A stretch of 64,000 bases of DNA from Candidatus Binatia bacterium (GCA_963666515.2 OY762897.2:3520001-3584000); one strand, 5' to 3'. Counted from the first letter of the stretch, positions 8,112 to 18,311 are shown. Translations and numbers: made by a program. The notes: generated from the letters alone by a model not told the origin.

Positions 8112-9488
8112 TCAAGGCGCGTTGTCCTGCTCCCTGAGCATGTCCAGCGCCTGCTCCACCAGCCGGCGGCGCAGCCGGCGCTCCTCGTCCGCGTCGAGCG
8201 ACGGGTCGCCGAACACGTGCGGGATGGCCCGCCCCGACATGATCCGCTTGGCGCCGGTGTTCTCCGACACGGACACGAGATTGGTCACGTGCACCGTGGG
8301 GATGCCGGCCCTTTCGAGTTCCTTTGCCATCGCTGCGCCGCAGCGAGTGCAGGTCCCTCAGGCGGAGGTGAGTATGACGCCGTCGACGCTGTCCTCCTCC
8401 AGCGACGCCGCGATGTCCCGCGCCATGTCGGCGGCGGTCTCCACCGGCGTGCCGTTGCCCGTGGTGGAGTAGAAATACTCGTGCAGCCCGCCCAGCGACC
8501 CCTCCCGCACCGCGTCCCGCAGCACGTCCAGGGGGATCAGCCGGTTGGGGTCCTCGTTCACCGCCGCGGTGAAGAAGCCGCCGTGCACGGACTCGAAGTC
8601 GTCCGCGGCGAGTTGCTCCCGGCTCTCCAGGTGGTAGGCGCCGAAGTGGGTGGACAGGTACGACTTGATGCCGTCCGGGTTGCCGCGGGGAACCAGGCCG
8701 CCGGTGGTGACCAGCGCGACCTTGGCATGGCCGAGGTCGCGGATGCCCGGCGCCGGATCGATTTCCTGGAACGGCGGCAGCGGGATCTCGGTCTCCATCG
8801 GCCCGCCCGCGAGCTTGGCCAGCAGCAGGTCCACGGCCCGTTCGGCCGCGCGCCTGGACACCCGCGTGTTCCACCGGCCGCCGCGGGGAAGCAGACCCTC
8901 CTCGCCGCCCGGCGCCACGCCGCGGGCTATGCCGGCCGTGGAGGATATGTCGAGCCCTTCCTCGTTGCCCGGAGCCGCGGCCTCGGCGCTCAGCATCTTC
9001 GCGATGAGAACGGCCGAGCGCTCGAGGACGGCGCGCATGTCGCCGGACGACTCCCCGGTCGCGACCACCGGGATGTCGCGCCTGATCAGGTCGGCGCCGG
9101 GGTTTGACGGCGACATGGCGGTCAGCACCGGTATGCTCAGCTCGGCGCCCACCGCAGGTGTTCCGGGCCAGCCGCCCGCCGCCCGGCACAACCCCGCGCA
9201 GGCCAGCCCGTAACGGCCGGAGCCGAAGGCGGGCCCGGCGAACAGGAGGTCCGGCTCGGCCTCCTTCACCAGATCCAGGAGCCGCGCCGTTGCCTCCTCC
9301 TCGTTCTCGGAGAAGTGGTCGTCGCCGCAGTAGACGGTAGCGACGATGCCGGCGCCCTCTCCCAGCAGAGTTTGCAGCAGCCGCCCAGGCCCCACCGCGC
9401 CTTCCAGCACTCCGGGCGGCAGGCCCGCGCTCTCCTCTCCGCCGAGGCCGGCGAAGAATTGGTTCACGTAGTGGACGATTCGTTTCAT
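8112..9488 (-). CDS. grdB: Glycine/sarcosine/betaine reductase complex B selenoprotein (GrdB/GrdF/GrdH family), Sec encoded by TGA at 8358-8360
   Basis: N-terminus MKRIVHYVNQFFAGLGGEE; AGPAFGSGRYG; VHGGF...DPNRLIPLD. In-frame TGA reads VILTSA-U-GTCTRCGAAMAKELERAGIP and joins ORFs 8358..9512 and 8112..8330. Confidence 0.93.
8330..8357 (-). promoter_or_regulatory. Putative bacterial SECIS element
   Basis: Hairpin UCGCUGC-GGC-GCAGCGA begins 11 nt 3' of the in-frame UGA. Confidence 0.7.
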
Positions 9489-9576
9489 GTGACCTCCCTG
9501 GCCCTGTTCCACGTCCCCAATCGCCGTTCCTGCGAAACCGGGAATCCGAGCGTAGTAATTCTCACGGCGAACCCGT

Positions 9577-10833
9577 TTACCCCGGCCTGGCCGTCAGCGT
9601 CGAGCCGCCGATGGGGTCGATGGCGCCGATGATGTTCTGGACCGGGATCTCCACCGTGCCGGCCGGCTCCCCCTGGATGGCGCCCAGAAAGGCATCGCCG
9701 CCGATGACCACCTCCATGGATTCGTCGAGGCACACCTTCTCGGGACAGTTGCCGACGCTGACCATGGCGTCCGCCTGGGGGGCCACGTCCACCAGCGCCG
9801 GGCCGTCGCCGCCGGACTCCTCTTTGGCCACCAGCACCGTGCGCAGGCCCGCCTCCTCGCAGGCCCGGCAGGCCAGCATCAGGTCCACGTCGGCCTGGCC
9901 GCCTCCGTCCTTGGTGATGACCACCGCATCGGCCTCCACCACGTGCCGGAGCAGGCGCGCCGCGTGCCATGCCGTCTCCGCCTTGTCGTCGTAGGTGGCG
10001 CAGTGGTTGGCCAGCACCATGCCCGCGAACGCCAAGTCCTGGTCGTGCCGGCGGTGAAGCTCCCGGATCATCGGGTGGTTCAGGATGTCGTGGGTGGCGT
10101 TCTTGGTGGGCTTGGTATAGCCGTCGTTCACCAGCGCCCCGTCCAGCAGCTCGTTGGGATGCACCACGCTCGGCACGATGTCCCTGGTGCTCTTGCCGTA
10201 GAAGAGCTTCTGGCGGCCGATGCCGTGGGAGTAGGCGAAGCTCAGGTAGCCCACGCGCGGCAAGTCGGGTGACGCGTTACGGCCCAGGTCCAGGGAAAAG
10301 GCTTCGGTGCGGGCCGGCTCGACCCCCTGCGTGGTCTGGGCCAGGAAGACCGCCGCCCGAAGCCCCGCGCGCATGAGCGCCAGGCCGAACTCGCCGGGGT
10401 CGGCGCCCTCCCGCGCCCTGGGCAGCACCACCAGGCCGGGCATTTGGCCGAACCGGCTCAACTCGCTGCCGGGGCCGCACATGTCGATGATGGCCTCCTC
10501 GGACCTGGGCAGCGAACCGGAGGTCACCACGGCCACACCGTCCAGCGCGTGGGTGCGGCCGATACCGCACTGGGCCAGCGGCCCCAGGCTTCCGGGGAAC
10601 GGATTGCCGTTCTCCGGCGCCTTCCAGCGCGGCTCCACGATGTCCACCACGTGCAGCACCCGGGCGCGGTCCCCGGGCACGACGATGCTCAACTCCACGT
10701 CGTCGATGAGCGGCTCCGTCACCAGCTCGGCGCGTAGCGCGTCGCGGTTGACAACGAGTTCGCCTTCCCGATATTCGGTGTGGGCGCCCCAGGAAAGGGA
10801 CCGGACAGGGTAATGGGCCAGCTCGAAATCCAC
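9577..10833 (-). CDS. Glycine/sarcosine/betaine reductase component B partner subunit (GrdE/GrdG/GrdI family)
   Basis: DIVEPRWK, GRTHALDG, IIDMCGPG, HPNELLDGALV, MVSVGN motifs; GTG start after GGAGG; adjacent to grdB-like gene. Confidence 0.88.
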   Translation of the reverse strand: MDFELAHYPVRSLSWGAHTEYREGELVVNRDALRAELVTEPLIDDVELSIVVPGDRARVLHVVDIVEPRWKAPENGNPFPGSLGPLAQCGIGRTHALDGVAVVTSGSLPRSEEAIIDMCGPGSELSRFGQMPGLVVLPRAREGADPGEFGLALMRAGLRAAVFLAQTTQGVEPARTEAFSLDLGRNASPDLPRVGYLSFAYSHGIGRQKLFYGKSTRDIVPSVVHPNELLDGALVNDGYTKPTKNATHDILNHPMIRELHRRHDQDLAFAGMVLANHCATYDDKAETAWHAARLLRHVVEADAVVITKDGGGQADVDLMLACRACEEAGLRTVLVAKEESGGDGPALVDVAPQADAMVSVGNCPEKVCLDESMEVVIGGDAFLGAIQGEPAGTVEIPVQNIIGAIDPIGGSTLTARPG

Positions 10834-10929
10834 GTGACCTCCTGGTGCTGTGCCTGGGATCGGTTTCGAGGCAAACCCCTGTCTACCAAACCCGGCAGCG
10901 CAGTGCGACACCCGAACCGCCCTCCGTAT

Positions 10930-10959
10930 CCGTTACCCCGGGCTTGACCCGGGGTCCAG
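10930..10959. repeat. Palindromic REP-like repeat, family B (inverted copy)
   Basis: CCGTTACCCCGGGCTTGACCCGGGGTCCAG, reverse complement closely matches 4715-4744. Confidence 0.75.
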
Positions 10960-10981
10960 CGAGCAGTGACCGGGTGTCGAG

Positions 10982-12037
10982 GTGGCGAAGTTGGCCGATC
11001 CTGCAACAGACACCACGGACGAGGCCCCGCTGGAGCCCGACCTGCCCATCTGCGACCCGCACCACCACCTGTGGCGGCGGCCGGACAACCCTTACCTGCT
11101 CGACGATTTCTTGCGCGACGTCTCGGGCGGCCACCGGATCGTGTCCAGCGTGGCGGTGGAGTGCGGCGCCATGTACCGGGAAACGGGGCCGCCGGAGCTG
11201 CGTCCGGTGGGGGAGACGGAGTTCCTGGAAGGAATCGCGGTCGAGAGTGCGCGCGCCGAGACCGCTGAACGGGACCCTTCGACTTCGCTCCGCTACGCTC
11301 AGGGCGAACGGGGAAGGCCCTTGCCCGCGGTAGCGGCGGCCATCGTGGCCTATGCCGACTTGGCCCTGGGGGACGGTGTGGCCGCGGTGCTGGAAGCGCA
11401 CCTGGAGGCCAGTCCCGGCCGCCTGCGCGGCATCCGCTATTCCACCATGTGGGACGCCTCGGACTCGTATCGCAGCGTGCCGCGGCCCGGCCTGCTGCGG
11501 GACGCCGCGGTCCGCAAGGGCTTCGCGCGCCTCCAGCCCCTCGGCCTGAGCTTCGACGCTTGGCTCTATCACCCGCAGCTTTCCGAGCTGGTGGAGCTGG
11601 CGCGGGACTTCCCGGAGACGTCCATTATCCTCGACCACATCGGCGGGCCGCTGGGGCTCGGACCCTACGAGGGCCGGCGCGACGAGGTGTTCCGCGCCTG
11701 GAGCGCCGACATGGCGGCCCTGTCGTCGTGCCCCAACGTGGTGCTCAAGCTGGGCGGCGTCGGCTCGCTGCGCTCGGGTTACGACTGGCACACGCGCCAG
11801 CCCAGGCCCGGCTCCGCCGAGCTGGCCGAGGCCATGCGGCCTTGTTTCGAATTCTGCATCGAGAAGTTCGGCGCCGGCCGCTGCATGTTCGAAAGCAACT
11901 TCCCGGTGGACCGGGTGTCCTACTCGTACGTGTCCGTGTGGAACGCCTTCAAAATAATAACGCGGGGGTGTTCCGAGGCGGACCGGAATACGCTGTTCCA
12001 CGACACGGCCGCGCGGGTCTACCGGCTGGTAGAATAG
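10982..12037 (+). CDS. Amidohydrolase_2 family protein with in-frame palindromic insertion
   Basis: ICDPHHHLW, IILDHIGGP, CMFESNFPVD motifs. Confidence 0.9.
   Translation: MAKLADPATDTTDEAPLEPDLPICDPHHHLWRRPDNPYLLDDFLRDVSGGHRIVSSVAVECGAMYRETGPPELRPVGETEFLEGIAVESARAETAERDPSTSLRYAQGERGRPLPAVAAAIVAYADLALGDGVAAVLEAHLEASPGRLRGIRYSTMWDASDSYRSVPRPGLLRDAAVRKGFARLQPLGLSFDAWLYHPQLSELVELARDFPETSIILDHIGGPLGLGPYEGRRDEVFRAWSADMAALSSCPNVVLKLGGVGSLRSGYDWHTRQPRPGSAELAEAMRPCFEFCIEKFGAGRCMFESNFPVDRVSYSYVSVWNAFKIITRGCSEADRNTLFHDTAARVYRLVE
11275..11311. repeat. REP-like repeat, family A, in-frame in the amidohydrolase
   Basis: CCCTTCGACTTCGCTCCGCTACGCTCAGGGCGAACGG, read as PSTSLRYAQGER. Confidence 0.85.
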
Positions 12038-12072
12038 CATCCTTCGACTGTCGGATGCGGGAGACGAAGCCG

Positions 12073-12888
12073 ATGAGCGACGACAAGGTTCTCTACGAGG
12101 TCAGGGAGCAAACCGCGTGGGTCACGCTGAACCGCCCGGAGGCGTTGAACGCCATCAACGAGGAGATGCGGGGGCTCATCATCGAGTTCTGCGCACGGGC
12201 GGAGGCGGACCGGGACGTGCAGGTGGTGCTCTTCCGGGGCGCCGGCGAGAAGGGCTTCACCGTGGGCGGCGACCTGAAGGAACGGGCCCGGCGCAACGCC
12301 GAGCCAGCCGCGGAACAGGCTTCGCCGCTGGAGGCCCGGCAGGCGAAGCAGGCGCCGGGCACCCACTCGCCCATCGACGCGGTGGCGTCGCTGCAGAAAC
12401 CCTCCATCGCGCTGCTGCACGGCTACGTGGTGGGGGCCGGGCTGCTGATCGCCATGGCCTGCGACATCCGCATCGCCGCGGACAACGCCCGCCTGGGGGT
12501 CACCGAGGTGCGGCGCGGCTTCATGCCGGCGTCCGGCGGCACCCAGCGGCTGGCCCGCCTCGTGGGCATCGCCAAGGCGCTGGAGATATGCCTTTCGGGC
12601 GAACTGATCGACGCCGGGGAAGCGTACCGCATCGGCCTCGTCAACAAGCTGGTATCGGTGGGAGAGCTGACGCCCGCCGGCGAGGAGATGGCCGCGTCTT
12701 TCGCCAAGGGCGCGCCCCTGGCGCTGCGGTACGTCAAGGAATCGGTGCACCACGGCGCCGGGTTGCCGCTGGCACAAGGGCTTCGGCTGGAATCCGATCT
12801 CGCTGCCCTGGTGCTCACCACCGAGGACAGCAAGGAAGGCCCGCGAGCCTTCGTGGAGAAGCGCCCGCCGGTATGGAAGGGCCGGTAG
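12073..12888 (+). CDS. Enoyl-CoA hydratase/isomerase
   Basis: VTLNRPEALNAIN, GGDLKE, ACDIRIAA, GGTQRLARLVG, AFVEKRPPVWKGR. Confidence 0.93.
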   Translation: MSDDKVLYEVREQTAWVTLNRPEALNAINEEMRGLIIEFCARAEADRDVQVVLFRGAGEKGFTVGGDLKERARRNAEPAAEQASPLEARQAKQAPGTHSPIDAVASLQKPSIALLHGYVVGAGLLIAMACDIRIAADNARLGVTEVRRGFMPASGGTQRLARLVGIAKALEICLSGELIDAGEAYRIGLVNKLVSVGELTPAGEEMAASFAKGAPLALRYVKESVHHGAGLPLAQGLRLESDLAALVLTTEDSKEGPRAFVEKRPPVWKGR

Positions 12889-12961
12889 CTGCTCCCGCCT
12901 GCCGTCAGGGTCGGCGACACGTTGCCCTTGTCGTCCACGTGCCCGCCCGCGACCTCCTCAG

Positions 12962-15487
12962 CTACTTGACGGCTTCGGCCTCCTCCAGCGCGGTGATCTC
13001 CTCTTCGCTCAACCCCAGCACCTCGCCAAGGACGTAGGCGTTGTGGGCGCCGATCCAGGGCGGGGGGAGGGCGGCGCCGGCCTTGGAGCGGGACGGGATG
13101 CCGGGGAGGCCGTGGTGGGCGACGCGGCCCCAGGGGGGCTCGTCCATCTCGACGATGTGGCCGCGCTCGCGCAGGTGGGGGTCGTAGTAGAGGTCCTCGC
13201 CGGACATGGGGATGCCGGCGGCAACGCCGGCTTCCTGCAGGCGGCGGAAGGCCTGGCGGGCGGTCTGGGTGCGGGTCCACGCGGTCAGCTTCTCATCCAA
13301 CTCGTCTCGGTGCTGTCGGCGCCCTTCCCTGACCGCGAAGCGCGCGTCCTCGGCCCATGAACCCGCGCCGATGACGCCGGCCATGGCCTGCCACTCCTCG
13401 TCGGTCTCGCAGGCGATGATGATCCAGTCGTCGTTGCCGGCGCAGGGGTAGCAGCCGTAGGGGGCGTAGGGATCGCCCAAGATTTCCCGGTAGCCCAGCG
13501 TGTCCCATTCGTTGCCGTTGACGGTGTAGTCGAGGATGGCGGGACCCATCATGGCGCCTTGGGCCTCCAGCATGGCAGCCTCGATGAACTGCCCTTCCCC
13601 GGTTCGCTCCTGGTGCTCCACGGCCGCGGCGACGCCCAGGGCCATGGTGATGGCGCCCACCCGGTCGGGCCAGGCGATCTTGCAGCGCGCCCGCATGGGC
13701 GAGTCGGGATAGCCCCACAGGCGCATGAGCCCGGTGTAGGCCAGGAGTTGCCAGCCCCAGGCCACCCAGGACTTGAGCGGCCCTTCCCGGCCCCAGCCGG
13801 GCATGGACACCTGGATGATGCCGGGGTTCACCTTGCGCAGCGACTCGTAGTCGAAGCCGAGCCGCTCCATGACCCCGACGCTGAAGTTCTCCACCACCAA
13901 CTGGGACTGCTCCACTAGGCGGCGGAACAGCTCCTTGCCCTGGTCATGGCGCAGGTTCAGGGTGACGCCCAGCTTGGCCCGGTTCATGTCGGCGTGGATG
14001 GCGGCGCCCCGGCCCCGGGCGGCCACGGTGTTGGACTCGATCTTGAGCACCTCCACGCCGTAGTAGCCCAGGATCTCGGTGCCCAGGGGGCCGGCGAACT
14101 GCTGCGTCAGGTCCGCCATGCGGAGCCCGGAGAGCATGCCGTCGGTGGGCGCAGCCTGCCAAGTTGCTGCGGAGGGACGCCCTTCGACTTCGCTCGGCTG
14201 CGCCTCGCTACGCCTGTCCTGAGCCTTGTCGAAGGGCTCAGGGCGAACGGAGAGATCGCCCTCCGCATTTCGCACGGCAGCCCGGGTTTCCCTGCCCTGC
14301 TCCAGCTCGGCCAGCACCTCCTCGCGGTGCTGGTCCAGCAACGGCGCCGGACGGCGCACCCGCATGGGGGTGCGGGACAGGCGCATGGGGAAGCCCGGTG
14401 CGCGGTAGCGGCCGATGACCGGGTGCTCGATCTCCTGGAGCCAGCAGCGCGCGGCCAGTTGCTCGCCCTCCACGAACTCGCCCACGGTGTTGAGCGGGGC
14501 GGCGGAGAGGTGGCGGCGCTGGGCCTCGGCCACGAACTCGTCCGCGGTGAAGCCGCTGATGAACTCCGCCGCCACCGCGGAGGCTTCGTCGCTCCGGGCG
14601 TCGCGGTAGGCCATGTCCTCCCATTGCGGCTCGGACAGGACCGTCCCCGTCATCCAGTTCTGAGTGAACTCGCGCCACATGTGGGGCAGGTTGGCGGTGA
14701 AGTGGACGTAGCGGCCGTCCTTGCAGCGGTAGATGTTGGTGACCGAGCCGCCGTAGGTCCTGGCCCCGGGCCGGCGCCCCATGCGGTTCTCCAGGGTGTA
14801 GCGGGCGATGGAACTGCTGTTGGTGAAGGTCAGCGCCTCCTGGAGCGAGACGTCGATGCGCTGGCCGGTGCCGCTACGCCGCCGGTGCCGCACCCCGGCC
14901 ACCGCCAGGGTCGCGGCCACGCAACCGGCCACCTGGTAGGCCGAGTGCGACGGCGCGGTGCACGGCCCGCGCTGGTCGTCTCCCTGGCCGTAGAGAAAGC
15001 CGCCGGCGCCGTTGGTGATGGCGTCGCTGGTCTTGTAGTGGCGGTAGGGGCCGGTGCGGCCGAAGGGGGTCATGGACACCGTCACCAGCGCGGGGCAGCT
15101 CTCCTGGAGCCACGCGTCGGTGAAGCCCCAGGACTCCAGGCGGCCCAGCGGGGTGGCTTCGACGAACACGTCCGCGGACAGCAGCAGCTTCGTGAAGACG
15201 TCCCGGTCGCCTTCGGCCGAGAGGTCCAGCACCAGGCTGCGCTTGTTGGTGTTGGCGTGGATGGAGGTGAGGCTGCGCTCAAGGTCCTCCGCGCCGCCGG
15301 CGAAGGGCGGGAGGCGGCGCTCAGGGGCCCCCTCCGGCGGCTCCACCTTGATGACGTCGGCGCCGAGATCGGCCAGCAGCCGGCCCGCGTAGGCCGCGGG
15401 CACGTCGCCCAGTTCCACGACCCGGAGGTGGGCCAGCGCCGCACGCGGCTCGCGTTCGCTGCCGCGCTCAGTCTCGCGTTCGGTCAT
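12962..15487 (-). CDS. Fused two-domain CoA transferase family III (CaiB/BaiF)
   Basis: Two family-III domains: LADLGADVIKVEPPEG/NTNKRSLVLD and LSGLRMADLT/NRAKLGVTLNLR/VENFSVGVMERLG. Confidence 0.92.
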   Translation of the reverse strand: MTERETERGSEREPRAALAHLRVVELGDVPAAYAGRLLADLGADVIKVEPPEGAPERRLPPFAGGAEDLERSLTSIHANTNKRSLVLDLSAEGDRDVFTKLLLSADVFVEATPLGRLESWGFTDAWLQESCPALVTVSMTPFGRTGPYRHYKTSDAITNGAGGFLYGQGDDQRGPCTAPSHSAYQVAGCVAATLAVAGVRHRRRSGTGQRIDVSLQEALTFTNSSSIARYTLENRMGRRPGARTYGGSVTNIYRCKDGRYVHFTANLPHMWREFTQNWMTGTVLSEPQWEDMAYRDARSDEASAVAAEFISGFTADEFVAEAQRRHLSAAPLNTVGEFVEGEQLAARCWLQEIEHPVIGRYRAPGFPMRLSRTPMRVRRPAPLLDQHREEVLAELEQGRETRAAVRNAEGDLSVRPEPFDKAQDRRSEAQPSEVEGRPSAATWQAAPTDGMLSGLRMADLTQQFAGPLGTEILGYYGVEVLKIESNTVAARGRGAAIHADMNRAKLGVTLNLRHDQGKELFRRLVEQSQLVVENFSVGVMERLGFDYESLRKVNPGIIQVSMPGWGREGPLKSWVAWGWQLLAYTGLMRLWGYPDSPMRARCKIAWPDRVGAITMALGVAAAVEHQERTGEGQFIEAAMLEAQGAMMGPAILDYTVNGNEWDTLGYREILGDPYAPYGCYPCAGNDDWIIIACETDEEWQAMAGVIGAGSWAEDARFAVREGRRQHRDELDEKLTAWTRTQTARQAFRRLQEAGVAAGIPMSGEDLYYDPHLRERGHIVEMDEPPWGRVAHHGLPGIPSRSKAGAALPPPWIGAHNAYVLGEVLGLSEEEITALEEAEAVK
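14180..14250. repeat. Composite REP-like repeat, family A, in the CoA-transferase linker
   Basis: CCCTTCGAC...GTCGAAGGG inverted repeat plus CTCAGGGCGAACGG; translated SVRPEPFDKAQDRRSEAQPSEVEGR. Confidence 0.85.
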
Positions 15488-15537
15488 GCGGAAAACCTGG
15501 AGAAACTCTGATCAGATTGCGGTCGTCCCGAGAGCGT

Positions 15538-15573
15538 CCTTCGACTTCGCTCCGCTACGCTCAGAACGAACGG
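15538..15573. repeat. REP-like repeat, family A (intergenic)
   Basis: CCTTCGACTTCGCTCCGCTACGCTCAGAACGAACGG, near-identical to 11275-11311. Confidence 0.85.
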
Positions 15574-15609
15574 GAAGCAGCTTCATTCCCGTGTCGTCTG
15601 GCGCCCTGT

Positions 15610-16731
15610 CTACACCTGGGGCTCCAGGATCTCCAGCCCGTCGAGCCGGTCGATGAGGTAGAGCAGCCCGTTCTCGTCGTGGAAGACGTCGTTGCTCTGG
15701 ACGGCGTTCTGCCCCTTGCCGGGCTCGGGCACGTAGTAGCCCACCTCCCTGGGTTGGTAGGGGTTGGACACGTCCACCGCGCGCAGGCCGCCGCTGAACC
15801 AAGTGACGTAGAGCACGTTGCCGTAGACCTGCTCCGCGGGCTGGTGCGCGCCGTAGCGGTCGGCGGGCTCGCCGTCGAGGTCCGGCATGAACGTGGAGAT
15901 GGGCACCGGGTGTTTCTCGTCGGAGATGTCCACCACCCACATGAAGGCGTAGGGCAGCGGGGCCGCCTTCTGGGCTTCCTCGTCCACCACCACGAGCACC
16001 TCCCGGCCCATGAGCTTCTCGGGCATGGGCAGGGTCGTGTGCGTGGGCGACGGATAGGGAGGACTCGTGTCGAAGTGGCTCACCAGCGCGGGCTTGCTCA
16101 TGTCGGAGATGTCGAGGATCACGAAGCCGCCGTGCCAGTAGCTCACGTACAGGCGGTCGCCCCGCCGGATGGGATGGTGGCAGCGGTGCATGGTGCCCGG
16201 CCAAGTCGGCTCCTCGCCGCCGGCGACCCACTGACCCGGCATCCACCAGCGGCCCACCTCCTGCGGGTTGGCCGGGTCCGCCAGGTCCAGGATCATGCAG
16301 ATGTTGCCGACGTATCCTTCCGGGACCGGGGAGAAGTAGGCGTAGCGGCCATCGAAGGTGAAACGGTGGACGCCCTTGGCCGACGCCTTGAAGAACGCGG
16401 TCTCCCGCGGCCTAGCCGGATCCGACACGTCGAAGATCTTGAGGCCTCCTTGCGCGTCCTGGTTGTTCTCGTACCGTTCGTAGTTGACGATCATCACGCC
16501 GTCGCTCACCGCGGCCTTGTGGGAATGGATGCCGGGGGGCACGTCGAGCTGGGCCACGAGCCTGGGATTCTTCGGATCGCGCACGTCGATGACGGAAGTG
16601 CCGTGAGGCGGGTCCATGTGCCCCACGTAGGCGAAGCCGTTGTCCACCTCGATCTTGCCGCCGCCGGGCAGGTCCATGCGGCTCACCTGCCTGATCTTGC
16701 TGGCCGTGCCGAATCCGTTGCCTGTCGCCAT
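15610..16731 (-). CDS. LVIVD-repeat beta-propeller protein
   Basis: Repeated VIDVRDP/IFDVSDP/ILDLADP/ILDISD/VVDISD/AVDVSNP units; AAGGAG RBS. Confidence 0.88.
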   Translation of the reverse strand: MATGNGFGTASKIRQVSRMDLPGGGKIEVDNGFAYVGHMDPPHGTSVIDVRDPKNPRLVAQLDVPPGIHSHKAAVSDGVMIVNYERYENNQDAQGGLKIFDVSDPARPRETAFFKASAKGVHRFTFDGRYAYFSPVPEGYVGNICMILDLADPANPQEVGRWWMPGQWVAGGEEPTWPGTMHRCHHPIRRGDRLYVSYWHGGFVILDISDMSKPALVSHFDTSPPYPSPTHTTLPMPEKLMGREVLVVVDEEAQKAAPLPYAFMWVVDISDEKHPVPISTFMPDLDGEPADRYGAHQPAEQVYGNVLYVTWFSGGLRAVDVSNPYQPREVGYYVPEPGKGQNAVQSNDVFHDENGLLYLIDRLDGLEILEPQV

Positions 16732-16856
16732 CGCGATTCTCCTTTCGCTAGCGAGCCCGTAGGCAGGCTCAACGCCTAAATGCACGATTCGTTGGGAAAT
16801 GGCAACGACGAAGCCCGGAATGACGTGAAGGGGGGCGTTGTGCTAGGGTGGTGCCC

Positions 16857-18311
16857 ATGAGCGAGATCCATTTCGTCGACACGACGTTGCGGGACGGACA
16901 GATGAGCCTGTGGGCCACGCGCATGCGCACCGGCATGATGCTGCCGGTTGCCGAGCGCATGGACCGGGCGGGCTTCGACGCCGCCGAGTTGATGTCCAGC
17001 ATCTTCCTCAAGAAGTGCGTCCGGGACCTCAAGGAAGACCCCTTCGAGCGCATCCGGCGGGTGAAGGAGAAGATGCCCAACACCCCGCTGCGCATGACCT
17101 CTGGGCGGTTCAACGCCTTCGAGGTGACGCCCTATTCCCTGTACCAGCTCTACCTGGAGCGCATGCGCGCCAACGGCATGTCCCAGGCCCGGATATCGGA
17201 CGAGTGGAACGATCCGGAGGGGTGGAAGCAGAAGGTGCAGACGGTGAGGGAAGCCGGGCTCGAGCCCATCATCAACCTGATCTACTCGGTGTCGCCCAAG
17301 CATACCGACGAATACTACGTCGAGCGGGTGCGCCAGGCGGCGGCCCTGGACGTGCCGCGCATCTGCCTGAAGGACCCCGGCGGCCTCATCACCCCGGACC
17401 GGGTGCGCACGCTGGTGCCGCTGGTGCTGGAGAACGTCAACGGCGCGCCGGTGGAGTTCCACACCCACTGCACCACCGGCCTGGGGCCGCTGTGCTGCGT
17501 GGAGGCCATCAAGCTTGGCATCACCATCGTCAACACCGCCATCCCGCCGCTGGCCAACGGCTCGTCCAACCCGTCGCTGTTCAACGTGGCGGCCAACGCC
17601 CGGGCGCTGGGCCACACCACCACGGTGGACGAGGAGTCCATGCAGGCGGTGTCGGAGCACTTCACCCGCATCGCCGAGCAGGAAGGCCTGCCGCCGGGCC
17701 GCCCGGTGGAGTACGACTACGGGCAGTACCTCCACCAGGTGCCCGGCGGCATGTATTCCAACCTGCGCCACCAACTGGAGAAGGTGGGCCTCGGCCACAA
17801 GTTCCACGAGGCGCTGGAGGAGTGTGGCCGCGTGCGGGAGGAGTTCGCCTACCCCATCATGGTGACGCCGCTGTCCCAGTTCGTGGGCAGCCAGGCGGCC
17901 ATCAACGTGATCGTCGGCGAACGCTACGCCCAGGTCACCGACCAGAGCATCCTCTACGCCCTGGGGCTGTGGGGCGAAGAAGGCAGCCGGCTGATGGACC
18001 CGGAGGTCAAGGACAGGATCCTGGACCGGCCGCGCGCCCGTGAGCTGGCCAAGTGGGAGCCGCCGCAGCCGTCCATCGCCGAGATCCGCAAGGGCTTCGA
18101 GCCCGGCCTCTCGGACGACGACCTGCTGCTGCGCTGGCTCGTCACCAAGGAAGAGTTCAACGCCATGCGCGAAGCCGGCCCGGCGACGCCCTACACCGGC
18201 AACGGCGTCGTGGGGCTCCTCCGGAACCTCCAGGGGCAGAAGGCCAACCACGTTTTCATCCGGAGACCGGGGCTGAGGCTGTCACTGCAGGGGTCGGCCG
18301 GGGACGCCTAG
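16857..18311 (+). CDS. Pyruvate carboxylase B / oxaloacetate decarboxylase alpha carboxyltransferase domain protein, no biotinyl domain
   Basis: DTTLRDGQMSL, CLKDPGGL, FHTHCTTGL, HQVPGGMYSNL, YPIMVTPLSQFVG. Confidence 0.88.
   Translation: MSEIHFVDTTLRDGQMSLWATRMRTGMMLPVAERMDRAGFDAAELMSSIFLKKCVRDLKEDPFERIRRVKEKMPNTPLRMTSGRFNAFEVTPYSLYQLYLERMRANGMSQARISDEWNDPEGWKQKVQTVREAGLEPIINLIYSVSPKHTDEYYVERVRQAAALDVPRICLKDPGGLITPDRVRTLVPLVLENVNGAPVEFHTHCTTGLGPLCCVEAIKLGITIVNTAIPPLANGSSNPSLFNVAANARALGHTTTVDEESMQAVSEHFTRIAEQEGLPPGRPVEYDYGQYLHQVPGGMYSNLRHQLEKVGLGHKFHEALEECGRVREEFAYPIMVTPLSQFVGSQAAINVIVGERYAQVTDQSILYALGLWGEEGSRLMDPEVKDRILDRPRARELAKWEPPQPSIAEIRKGFEPGLSDDDLLLRWLVTKEEFNAMREAGPATPYTGNGVVGLLRNLQGQKANHVFIRRPGLRLSLQGSAGDA

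Noticed and set aside
8358-8360. Apparent nonsense mutation or pseudogene in the grdB-like gene
   Set aside because: The TGA falls exactly at the family's Sec position and is followed by a SECIS-like hairpin.
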